Assembly: GCA_964423815.1 (NCBI GenBank)
Contig: CAYRGW010000002.1
Span: 4,590-68,589 of the forward strand
Direction: 5' to 3'
DNA from: an uncultured Solibacteraceae bacterium
GTDB lineage: Bacteria > Acidobacteriota > Vicinamibacteria > Vicinamibacterales > SCN-69-37
Length of the DNA: 64,000 nucleotides
This document shows, in pieces, positions 27,068 through 35,469 of this stretch (position 1 is the first letter of the stretch; every line of letters starts with the position of its first letter). The notes beneath the pieces were generated by a model. The model saw only the letters and a list, made by a program, of their open reading frames with translations, was not told the DNA's origin and searched no databases. The translations under genes and the position numbers were made by a program.

Positions 27068-28438
27068 ATGGCTCGTCTCGCCTTCATGTCGCCGTGGCCC
27101 CCGCAGCCGAGCGGAATTGCCACCTGCGCGGCGGACTTGGTCCCCCGGCTCGCGGCCTCGGGACACGGGGTCGACGTGCTCGTCGACGAGGCCCTGGTCC
27201 CGGTGCAGCGAGGGCCGGATGGACCGCCGGTCCCCGGCCAGGTCCGGGTGCTCAGCGCCCACGAGTTTGTCTGGCGCCAGCAACGCGGGCACTACGACCT
27301 GCCGATCTATCAGGTGGGCAACTCCTGGGCCCACGGCTACGTGTGGCCGTACCTGTTCCGCTGGCCGGGGCTCGCGGTCATGCACGACGCCCGGATTCAT
27401 CACGCCAGGGCCAACGCCCTGATGACCCGCCGGCGGGCGGAGGACTACCGGGCCGAGTTCGCCTACAACGCGCCGGACGTGTCGCCGGATGCGGCCGAGC
27501 TGGCGATTGCCGGGTTTGACGGGGCTTACTACTACCACTGGCCGATGCGCCGCGCGGTCATGAACGCCTCGCGGATGGTTGCCTGTCACTCGCGGGGCAT
27601 GGTGAATCGCCTCCAGGAGCAGTTCCCCGGGTATGCCATTGACTATGTCCCGCTTGGGCACGGCCAGGCCCGATCGGCGGCCGAGCTTGCAGACGCCAGG
27701 GGACGCTTCCGGTCCGCACATCAGATCCCGGCCGACGCGCTCGTCTTCGGGATTCTGGGTACCGCCGCCACCGAAAAACGTGTGGCACCCATCATCAGGG
27801 CCTTCGCGGCGGCGCGGCAGTGGGCCACCGACGCACGCCTCCTGTTTGCCGGGTCCATCGACCCCCTCCTGCCGCTCGACGACCTCCTCGACACCTTTGG
27901 TGTCCGCGAGGTCACCCATCTGGCCGGTCGCCTGGACGACGCGGGGTTTGATGAGGCGGTGGCCGCTTGTGACGTCGGCCTGAACCTCCGGTGGCCGACG
28001 GCGCGTGAAATGTCGGGCCCCTGGCTGCGCATGCTGGCGGCCGGCCTGCCCACCGTCGTTGTGGACGCGGCCCATCACACCGACATCCTGACGCTCGACC
28101 CCCGGACCTGGCGCTGCCATGAGCCCCTGCAGACCCTCGAGCCCAACCCGGAACAACAGGCCGTCGCGATTGCGATCGATATCCTCGACGAGGACCACTC
28201 GCTGCGACTCGCCCTGCGGCGGCTGGCGTCGGATGCGGAGTTCCGGACACATCTTGGTGAAACCGCCCGGCGCTACTGGGTGTCAAACCATACAGTCGAG
28301 CGAATGGCTGACGAGTACAATCGGGTAATAACCAAAGCGCTGACGCTCGATGCGCCAGACGTCGCACTGCCGGACCACCTTCGGCTGGATCCGCAGGCAT
28401 ACGCCAATCGCATCATTCACGAGGTCCTGGGTTCATGA
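27068..28438 (+). CDS. glycosyltransferase (GT-B fold, GT1/GT4-like)
   Basis: 456 aa. N-terminus MARLAFMSPWPPQPSGIATCAADLV. Divergent from nuoA. Family call is by general pattern only. Confidence 0.65.
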   Translation: MARLAFMSPWPPQPSGIATCAADLVPRLAASGHGVDVLVDEALVPVQRGPDGPPVPGQVRVLSAHEFVWRQQRGHYDLPIYQVGNSWAHGYVWPYLFRWPGLAVMHDARIHHARANALMTRRRAEDYRAEFAYNAPDVSPDAAELAIAGFDGAYYYHWPMRRAVMNASRMVACHSRGMVNRLQEQFPGYAIDYVPLGHGQARSAAELADARGRFRSAHQIPADALVFGILGTAATEKRVAPIIRAFAAARQWATDARLLFAGSIDPLLPLDDLLDTFGVREVTHLAGRLDDAGFDEAVAACDVGLNLRWPTAREMSGPWLRMLAAGLPTVVVDAAHHTDILTLDPRTWRCHEPLQTLEPNPEQQAVAIAIDILDEDHSLRLALRRLASDAEFRTHLGETARRYWVSNHTVERMADEYNRVITKALTLDAPDVALPDHLRLDPQAYANRIIHEVLGS

Positions 28439-29214
28439 ATTCGAAACGCTCTATCGCCGTCGGCTTATTTGTCATCACGGCTGCGCTCGTCGCCACCACG
28501 TCCACGCCCACCGCGCAGGCCGACCTGCCGGTGCCCTTCAAACCGGGCGAGGCGTTGACCTACGACGTGTCGTGGACAACGTTCCTTACGGCCGGCCAGG
28601 CCACGTTGTCAGTCAAGGAGCGTCGTGCCGCCGGCGCGGGACGCGCGCAGTATTACCTGGTGGCCGAGGGGCAGCCGTCCTCGATGCTCCAGAAGCTCTA
28701 TCACCTCTATTACAAGGCCGAGTCCATGATGGACACGCGCCCCTTGCGACCGGCGACCGCCACGCTCTACAGCGACGAAAACGGACGTAAGCGGTACAAG
28801 ACGTCCACCTTCCGCGGCAACGGGACGGTGGAGTACGTGGTCAAGACCGCGACGTCCGCGAAGTCCACCGTGAAGGTGGACGCCACGGCGCAGGATCCGC
28901 TCGGCGCCATTTACGTGCTGCGCGCGTTGCCGCTCAAGCCCGGCCAGGCGCCCTTCACGATTCCCGTCACCGACAGCGGCAAGGCCTATCGGCTGCGCGT
29001 CACCGTGGGCGGACGTGAGTCGGTGAAGACCGGCATCGGCACCCTGCCCGCCATCAAACTCACGCTCAACGCGTCGGAGGTGAACGGCAAAGCCGCCGAG
29101 GCCAGCAACCTCACGTTGTGGCTCTCCGATGACGCCCGTCGGATCCCGTTGAAGTTCACGGCCGGTCTGGCCGTCGGCAGTTTCCAGCTCACGCTGGCCA
29201 AGGCTGTCGGATGA
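28435..29214 (+). CDS. DUF3108-like secreted protein
   Basis: 259 aa with a signal peptide. GEALTYDVSW..L.AGQATL and the terminal ..IPLKFTAGLAVGSFQLTL resemble DUF3108. Confidence 0.6.
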   Translation: MNSKRSIAVGLFVITAALVATTSTPTAQADLPVPFKPGEALTYDVSWTTFLTAGQATLSVKERRAAGAGRAQYYLVAEGQPSSMLQKLYHLYYKAESMMDTRPLRPATATLYSDENGRKRYKTSTFRGNGTVEYVVKTATSAKSTVKVDATAQDPLGAIYVLRALPLKPGQAPFTIPVTDSGKAYRLRVTVGGRESVKTGIGTLPAIKLTLNASEVNGKAAEASNLTLWLSDDARRIPLKFTAGLAVGSFQLTLAKAVG

Positions 29215-29411
29215 CCATCACACTCAACGGTGAACCCCGCGCCTGGGAGCAGTCCCGGAGCGTCGCCGCCCTGCTGACCGAACTGGGTATCGACACACGC
29301 ACCGTCGCGGTCGAACGCAACCGGGTCGTCGTCAAACGCGCCACCTATGCGGATACCGTGGTCGAAGCCGGCGATGAGATCGAGATCGTCAGCTTCGTCG
29401 GCGGCGGGTAA
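29211..29411 (+). CDS. thiS: sulfur-carrier protein ThiS
   Basis: 66 aa. Ubiquitin-like, ending in ..VSFVGGG. Confidence 0.9.
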   Translation: MTITLNGEPRAWEQSRSVAALLTELGIDTRTVAVERNRVVVKRATYADTVVEAGDEIEIVSFVGGG

Positions 29412-29471
29412 AGACGTCGGGTGTCTTTTTCCGCACTAAGCGATGCAGAAAAAGACACCCGACGTCTTTTT
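29410..29471 (+). terminator. perfect 22-bp family-A inverted repeat followed by a T-run (terminator-like)
   Basis: AAAGACGTCGGGTGTCTTTTTC (29410-29431), a 16-nt loop, GAAAAAGACACCCGACGTCTTT (29448-29469), then TT. Confidence 0.6.
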
Positions 29472-29494
29472 ACCGCTGAAGTACACTGGCCCCA

Positions 29495-30028
29495 ATGACG
29501 TTCGTCGATACGCCTATTCCCGGCGCGTATGTGCTGGAACCTACCCGGATCCCAGACGACCGTGGATTTTTTGAGGTCGGTGTTGATCGCGCCCAGTTCG
29601 AGGCGCGGGGACTGAACGCGCACATTGAACAGGTCAACTATTCGTTCAACGCCGCGAAGGGAACGCTGCGCGGCATACATTTCCAGACCGCTCCGTATGC
29701 CGAGGCCAAGGTGGTGCGGTGCCTGCGCGGCGCGGCGTTTGACGTCATCGTGGACCTCCGGCCGGACTCCCACATGTTCCGCCGCTGGCACAGCGTGGAA
29801 CTGACGGCCGACAACCGACGCGCGGTCTACCTGCCGGAGGGTGTGGCCCATGGATTTCAGACACTCCTCGACAACACCGAGGTGATGTACACCGTGTCCT
29901 CCCCCTACACCCCGAGTCACTATCGGGGGGTGCGCTGGGACGATCCGGCATTCGGCATCCTCTGGCCCGAAGTTGAGACACGCACGATGCATCCCCGCGA
30001 TCGTGACTATCCGGACTTTTTGTTATGA
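29495..30028 (+). CDS. dTDP-4-dehydrorhamnose 3,5-epimerase family cupin (RmlC-like), copy 1
   Basis: 177 aa. [21 protein letters not shown]-like ([12 protein letters not shown]), GVAHGFQTL. 4-nt overlap with thiG. Confidence 0.8.
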   Translation: MTFVDTPIPGAYVLEPTRIPDDRGFFEVGVDRAQFEARGLNAHIEQVNYSFNAAKGTLRGIHFQTAPYAEAKVVRCLRGAAFDVIVDLRPDSHMFRRWHSVELTADNRRAVYLPEGVAHGFQTLLDNTEVMYTVSSPYTPSHYRGVRWDDPAFGILWPEVETRTMHPRDRDYPDFLL

Positions 30029-30816
30029 CCTCCGACGTTACAAAGAACGACCCGCTTGTTATCGCCGACCGTGTGTTTTCGTCACGACTGGTCGTGGGCA
30101 CCGGCAAATATCCATCGCACGAGATCATGCAGGCGGCGCACATCGCGTCCGGTACCGAGATGGTCACCGTCGCGGTCAGGCGTATCGATCTGTCGGCCAC
30201 CGGTGTGAAGTCCCTGCTGCACTGGATCGATCGCGAGAAGATTTTTCTACTTCCCAACACGGCCGCGTGTTTTACGGCCGATGATGCGATTCGTACGGCG
30301 CGACTGGGTCGTGAAGCGGGGTTGTCCAACTGGGTGAAGCTGGAAGTGATTGGCGACGAGCAGACGTTGTTTCCCGACAACGAAGCGTTGCTTGAGGCGA
30401 CAAAGGTGCTCGTGAAGGAAGGGTTCGTGGTGTTGCCGTACACCAACGACGATCCGATCGCCTGCCGCAAGCTCGAAGACGCGGGCGCGGCGGCCGTGAT
30501 GCCGCTTGGCGCGCCGATTGGATCGGGCCTGGGCATCCAGAATCCCAACAACCTCCTGATCATCAAGGCCCAGTCGAAGGTGCCGATGATTGTGGACGCC
30601 GGTGTCGGCACCGCGTCGGACGCCGCGATTGCGATGGAACTGGGCGCCGACGGCGTGCTCATGAACACGGCCATCGCGGGCGCGCAGGACCCGGCCTCAA
30701 TGGCGCTGGCCATGCGCCACGCCGTGATTGCGGGCCGCCTGGCCTACCACTCGGGACGTATCCCGAAGCGGATGTACGCCACGCCCAGCAGCCCGATGGC
30801 TGGGCGCATCACCTAG
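30025..30816 (+). CDS. thiG: thiazole synthase
   Basis: 263 aa. [40 protein letters not shown]. Confidence 0.95.
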   Translation: MTSDVTKNDPLVIADRVFSSRLVVGTGKYPSHEIMQAAHIASGTEMVTVAVRRIDLSATGVKSLLHWIDREKIFLLPNTAACFTADDAIRTARLGREAGLSNWVKLEVIGDEQTLFPDNEALLEATKVLVKEGFVVLPYTNDDPIACRKLEDAGAAAVMPLGAPIGSGLGIQNPNNLLIIKAQSKVPMIVDAGVGTASDAAIAMELGADGVLMNTAIAGAQDPASMALAMRHAVIAGRLAYHSGRIPKRMYATPSSPMAGRIT

Positions 30817-30867
30817 CCACGCCAAGTGGTGTAGAGTCGGATCCTCCCCAAAACCTGGAGGGTTTCG

Positions 30868-32523
30868 ATGGCTGTACTCCGCCTTCTACCCGCGATCGCG
30901 CTGCTTGTTGTGTTTCCGACCCTCTCAGCGGCGCAGTTGCGCACCGAGGTGTACGTCTCCGGCCTGAGCGCGCCCGTCGCGTTTGTGCAGGACCCGTCAC
31001 AACCAAACGTGCAATTTGTCGTGGAACAGGGGGGCCTGATTCGTGTCATCCAGAATGGCGCGTTGCTGGCAACTCCATTCCTCGATGTCAGCACGGCAAT
31101 CGCCTACGGGGGTGAACGGGGCCTGCTGGGCCTGGTGTTTGCGCCTGACTACGCGACAAGCCGTCGCTTCTGGATCAACTTCACCAACGTCAACAGCAAC
31201 ACCGTGGTGGCGCGATTCCTCCGCAGTACGACCAACCCGCTCCTCGCCGATCCGTCGAGCCGTGCCGACCTGGTGTTTCCAGGCGGCACGCCGTATATCG
31301 CGCAGCCGTTTCACAATCACAACGGCGGGGACCTGCAGTTCGGCCCCGACGGGTACCTCTACATCCCGATGGGTGATGGCGGGGGCAGCAACGATCCGGG
31401 GAACCTCGCCCAGGACATGACATCGCTGCTTGGCAAGATGCTGCGCGTCGACGTGAATGTCGGCGCCGAGCACGCCTCCGGTTATGCCGTCCCCACGGAC
31501 AATCCGTTTCACGACGGGACGTCGGTCTCGCCGGGCATCGCCGGTGGTCATCCCGTCCGAAATCTCGTGTGGTCGTTGGGCTGGCGCAACCCGTGGCGTT
31601 TCACCTTTGACTCCCTCGCGGTCGGCGGACGCGGCGCGATGGTGGTGGCAGACGTCGGTCAAGGCGCCTGGGAGGAAGCCAGCTACGAACCGATGGCGCG
31701 TGGCGGGCGGAACTACGGATGGCGGATTCGTGAGGGCGCACATCCCACACCCGCGTTTAACGACCCGACCGCCGCGGGCCTCACCGATCCCATCATCGAG
31801 TATGCACACCCGGCCGGCCGGGCGATCACGGGCGGGCCGGTGTATCGCGGCACCGGGCTGGGTCTCACCTACTTCGGCCGGTATTTTTTCGCCGATGTGA
31901 ACGGGCGTCTCTGGTCGGCGACGCTGACGCTGGACCCATCGTCGGGCGAGGCCACCAATGCGTCGATCGTTGAGCACACGACGGAGCTTGGTGGCACAGC
32001 GGCGATCGGCACCGTGGTGTCGTTTGGGACCGACGCCTCGTGCCGCATCTACATCGTTGACCTCAATGGGCGGATCTTGCGGCTGCTGCCCTCGTCCATG
32101 AGCACGGCCTCAACGTGCGCGTTTCCCGATCCGTTTCTGGCGCTGGGCGGCGGCGTGTGGACCGGCGACGGATGGGTGCCGTTGGGACATCCCCTGGGTG
32201 GCACCGACACGGCCCCATCGCCGGCCCCCGCGACACCGGCGGCGTCAACAACGACGCCACCACCTCCGGGAACGTGTGTGGGTTCGGATCCCTTTGCGGG
32301 GATTCCTGGCATGTCCGGTGTGTGTGTCGGCACCGCGTGGGTGCCTGCCGGTCATCCGTTGACGCTTGGCGCCCCTTCGGCCGCCCCACCGGCGGCATCA
32401 CCAACGCCGTCGCCTGGTGGTTGCACGGGATCCGATCCTTTCGCCGGCATCCCCGGCATGACCGGCGTGTGTGTGGGTAGCGGCTGGGTGCCCAGCAGCC
32501 ACCCGCTGTCCGGAGGCGGGTGA
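30868..32523 (+). CDS. PQQ-dependent sugar dehydrogenase (soluble aldose dehydrogenase-like beta-propeller) with a C-terminal triple Cys-repeat extension
   Basis: 551 aa with a signal peptide. HNHNGGDLQFGPDGYLYIPMGDGG, GWRNPWRF. The C-terminus carries 3 copies of the C..DPF..G..G.W.G.GWVP..HPL motif. Confidence 0.8.
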   Translation: MAVLRLLPAIALLVVFPTLSAAQLRTEVYVSGLSAPVAFVQDPSQPNVQFVVEQGGLIRVIQNGALLATPFLDVSTAIAYGGERGLLGLVFAPDYATSRRFWINFTNVNSNTVVARFLRSTTNPLLADPSSRADLVFPGGTPYIAQPFHNHNGGDLQFGPDGYLYIPMGDGGGSNDPGNLAQDMTSLLGKMLRVDVNVGAEHASGYAVPTDNPFHDGTSVSPGIAGGHPVRNLVWSLGWRNPWRFTFDSLAVGGRGAMVVADVGQGAWEEASYEPMARGGRNYGWRIREGAHPTPAFNDPTAAGLTDPIIEYAHPAGRAITGGPVYRGTGLGLTYFGRYFFADVNGRLWSATLTLDPSSGEATNASIVEHTTELGGTAAIGTVVSFGTDASCRIYIVDLNGRILRLLPSSMSTASTCAFPDPFLALGGGVWTGDGWVPLGHPLGGTDTAPSPAPATPAASTTTPPPPGTCVGSDPFAGIPGMSGVCVGTAWVPAGHPLTLGAPSAAPPAASPTPSPGGCTGSDPFAGIPGMTGVCVGSGWVPSSHPLSGGG

Positions 32524-32571
32524 ACTTCGGGACTTCGGGACCTCGGGACTTCGGGACTCCGGGACTTCGCA
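32524..32571. repeat. octamer tandem array, 6 x ACTTCGGG type
   Basis: ACTTCGGG ACTTCGGG ACCTCGGG ACTTCGGG ACTCCGGG ACTTCGCA, starting at the first base after the TGA of the upstream gene. Confidence 0.9.
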
Positions 32572-32587
32572 GTACCATGTCTGCCCA

Positions 32588-34045
32588 GTGGAACCCGAAC
32601 GCCTTGAAGACCGCCTGAAGCGGCTTGAACTGGAACGTGCGGAAGCCGACCGCATCTACAACGAGCGGCTGACGGCCGTCGACGGTGCGTTGTTACGCAT
32701 CCCGGAGTTTCCGCACGCGCCGCCGCCGTACGACGAGGCGCAGATCACGCCAATCAATCAGCAGTGGAACCTCCTGCCGGATGGGCCACCGGCGATCGAC
32801 CGTTCCCTCAAGGGGCGGCTGCGGGGATTCATCTGGCGGATGATTGGTCCGCCCCTCACCACGCAGCAGGCGTTTAACGCCGCGCTGGTGGATCACCTCA
32901 ACCGCAACATTGCCGCGCACCGGGAAGCGGAGCGGGCCATCGCGTCAACGCTGGAGTTGATCAAGGGCCAGACGGCGTCCATCGCCAACTTCCAGGGGGC
33001 ATTGCTGGGGTTGCTGCAAAGCCTCACCTTGTATGCCGACACGAAGGACCGCAGCGTTGGTGGTCAAATCCAGGTGCTCAACGCCGCGTTAAGTGCGCTG
33101 ACCGACGACTGGATGAAACACTGGGAGTCACAGGGCGTGCGCGAAGAGCGGCGCAACGCACAACACCCCGCGCTGCTCAAGGCGTATCAGGATCTATCGG
33201 AGAAGGTGACACTCGCGCAGCAGACAACGCTGTTGCTCAAACGCGACGTCGAACGGTTGCTGTCCCAGAACCAAGAACCCCAGAACCCCAGAACAGAACC
33301 CAGGACCCAGAACCCCGAACCCAGCACCGCAGTAGATCTCAACTCATTCAAGTATGTCGGCTTCGAAGATCGCTTCCGCGGGTCGCAGCAGGACATCCGC
33401 GCGCGGCTGGCCGATTACATTCCGCTGTTTGCCGGCGCATCGGATGTCGTGGACATCGGGTGCGGGCGTGGGGAGTTGCTGGGGTTGCTTCGTGAGGCGG
33501 GCGTCTCCGCGCATGGCATCGACCTCAACAGTTCGATGGTGGAGGTGTGTCTCGAACGGGGACTGTCGGCCGAGGCGAATGATGCCGTGTCCTACCTGGA
33601 GCAGCAGCCGGATAATTCCCTGGGCGGGCTGATTGCGATTCAGGTCGTGGAGCATCTCGAACCGGCGTATCTGTCGCGGTTCATTGATCTGGCGTTCTTT
33701 AAGTTGCGTCCCGGTGCACCGCTTGTGCTCGAAACGTTGAACCCCGCGTGCTGGGTGGCGTTCTTCGAAAGCTACATCCGCGACATCACCCACCGCTGGC
33801 CGATGCACCCGGATACGTTGCAGTACATGGTGCAGGTCAGCGGGTTCTCCTCGGCGGAGGTGCAGTTCCGCGCGCCCGTCGCCGAAGCCGACAAACTGCA
33901 ACACGTGCCGCTGCCAACGGCGCTCCCGGGCCGCGAGCCGGATCCGACCCTGCTGGACCTGATCGACGTCCTGAACACACACGCCGACAAACTCAACGCG
34001 CGGATGTTCACCTACATGGATTACGCGGTGGTGGCGCGGCGGTGA
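32588..34045 (+). CDS. class I SAM-dependent methyltransferase with an N-terminal coiled-coil region
   Basis: VVDIGCGRGELLGLL (motif I). Start set to the in-frame GTG at 32588, after the repeat array; the track ORF start at 32471 overlaps the upstream gene. Confidence 0.75.
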   Translation: MEPERLEDRLKRLELERAEADRIYNERLTAVDGALLRIPEFPHAPPPYDEAQITPINQQWNLLPDGPPAIDRSLKGRLRGFIWRMIGPPLTTQQAFNAALVDHLNRNIAAHREAERAIASTLELIKGQTASIANFQGALLGLLQSLTLYADTKDRSVGGQIQVLNAALSALTDDWMKHWESQGVREERRNAQHPALLKAYQDLSEKVTLAQQTTLLLKRDVERLLSQNQEPQNPRTEPRTQNPEPSTAVDLNSFKYVGFEDRFRGSQQDIRARLADYIPLFAGASDVVDIGCGRGELLGLLREAGVSAHGIDLNSSMVEVCLERGLSAEANDAVSYLEQQPDNSLGGLIAIQVVEHLEPAYLSRFIDLAFFKLRPGAPLVLETLNPACWVAFFESYIRDITHRWPMHPDTLQYMVQVSGFSSAEVQFRAPVAEADKLQHVPLPTALPGREPDPTLLDLIDVLNTHADKLNARMFTYMDYAVVARR

Positions 34046-35469
34046 CCGCAGCGCGCAGGTGGGGGCAGGTCGTGGCCTGCCTCGGGATCGGCGCTGTCGC
34101 CGCGACCATTCTGGTGTGCTGGGCGACCGAGGCGCCCACAGCACCTGCGCTGATTGCCGCGGTCGGCGTGCTTGGTGTGGTGGCCGCAGTGGTTCCACCG
34201 CTGGGGCTGCTCCTGCTGGCGGGTTTTGGTCCGTTGTCGACCGCCGTGGCCGGCCTGCTCGGTCAACCGGCGTACGGCTTCACACTCGTCGAAGCGTGGT
34301 CGCTGGTCTTTGTGGGCGTCTGGACGGTCCGCGAAGTGGCGGACCTGCTCCGCCGTCCAACGACGCCCTGGCCGACGATCGTCTGGCTGCTCCTGGCGTG
34401 GAGCGCGTGGGTCCTCGTCACGGGGATCCTGCAGGCCGTACTCGCAGGCGCGGCGTGGGGCGGCCCGGCGTTTTTTGGCCGGGAATTTTTTACGTCCCCC
34501 CGCTTCGGAGAACCGGTCCGCGCGTCGATCGCGATGGCGGCAGGCCCGTGGCTGGCGATGGCCGTGGTGAGAACGGTGGTCTCGCGATCCCACGCGGTAC
34601 AACTCGCATGGGCCTTCAGCCTCGGTGCCGCCGGTGCCGCAGCCTTAAATTTTAACCGACTGCTCGAAGCCGCGCTGCGCGCCGATCAGCCGTTGTCCCG
34701 GCTGGTCGAACTGATCAGCACCCAGCGCGTGAACACACTGTTCCCGGACTTGAACGCCGCCGGATCGTGGTTCGCGATGGCCCTCGTGATGGGCCTGGGC
34801 GCGGCCCTGTGGGACCGCCGCTACCGGCTCACGGGCGCAGTCGCCGTCCTGCTCACGGCTGGCGGCGTCATGCTGTCAGGATCACGGGCGGCGGTCCTGG
34901 CCCTGGCGGCGGTCGGAGGGGTTGCCATCATCGGGCCGCTGTTGCGGCGCCGACGATTTGTCGCCTTCGCCCTCGCCCTGGTGTTGCTGGCCGCGGTTGT
35001 TGGAGGGGTCGCCATACGCCGCCGGACGGCGGCGGCGGAAAACGTGCAAGCGGTGGAGTTTCGCGTGGCGATGTTGACCACCGGATGGCGGATGGTGAGT
35101 GCGCACCCCATATTCGGCGTGGGCCCCGGCGGATTCCACGGCGCCTCAGCCACCTACATGGACCCGGACATCCGCCGCCGGTATTACCAGAACGAAAACG
35201 CGCACAACAACTTCGTCCAGATTTTTGCCGAGACCGGCGTGATCGGAGGCGCGTTGTTCCTGCTGGTGGTGGGATACGTCGTGCGTCAGACCCTCGCGCT
35301 GAGCAAGGTCGACCGGCGGCTCTCCGTGTTTGGCGCGGCGATCGTGGTGTTCCTGATCACCGGCCTGCTCGGTCATCCCCTGCTGATTCCCACCGTCGCG
35401 GCAGGATTCTGGTTGTGCGTCGGGATTGCGTCGAGCCTCGTCAGCGAGGCTCCACACGCAGCAGGATAG
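34042..35469 (+). CDS. O-antigen ligase / Wzy_C-family membrane protein
   Basis: Start at in-frame GTG 34042 (GTGA overlap with the methyltransferase stop). SGSRAAVLALA.., NAHNNFVQIFAETGVIGG. Confidence 0.7.
   Translation: MTAARRWGQVVACLGIGAVAATILVCWATEAPTAPALIAAVGVLGVVAAVVPPLGLLLLAGFGPLSTAVAGLLGQPAYGFTLVEAWSLVFVGVWTVREVADLLRRPTTPWPTIVWLLLAWSAWVLVTGILQAVLAGAAWGGPAFFGREFFTSPRFGEPVRASIAMAAGPWLAMAVVRTVVSRSHAVQLAWAFSLGAAGAAALNFNRLLEAALRADQPLSRLVELISTQRVNTLFPDLNAAGSWFAMALVMGLGAALWDRRYRLTGAVAVLLTAGGVMLSGSRAAVLALAAVGGVAIIGPLLRRRRFVAFALALVLLAAVVGGVAIRRRTAAAENVQAVEFRVAMLTTGWRMVSAHPIFGVGPGGFHGASATYMDPDIRRRYYQNENAHNNFVQIFAETGVIGGALFLLVVGYVVRQTLALSKVDRRLSVFGAAIVVFLITGLLGHPLLIPTVAAGFWLCVGIASSLVSEAPHAAG

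Noticed and set aside
29412-29494. TPP riboswitch expected near the thi genes
   Set aside because: No CUGAGA / ACCUGAUCUGGAUAAUGCCAGCG-like core is present upstream of thiS (which overlaps the DUF3108 gene) or upstream of the cupin/thiG genes. The region is occupied by the family-A hairpin.
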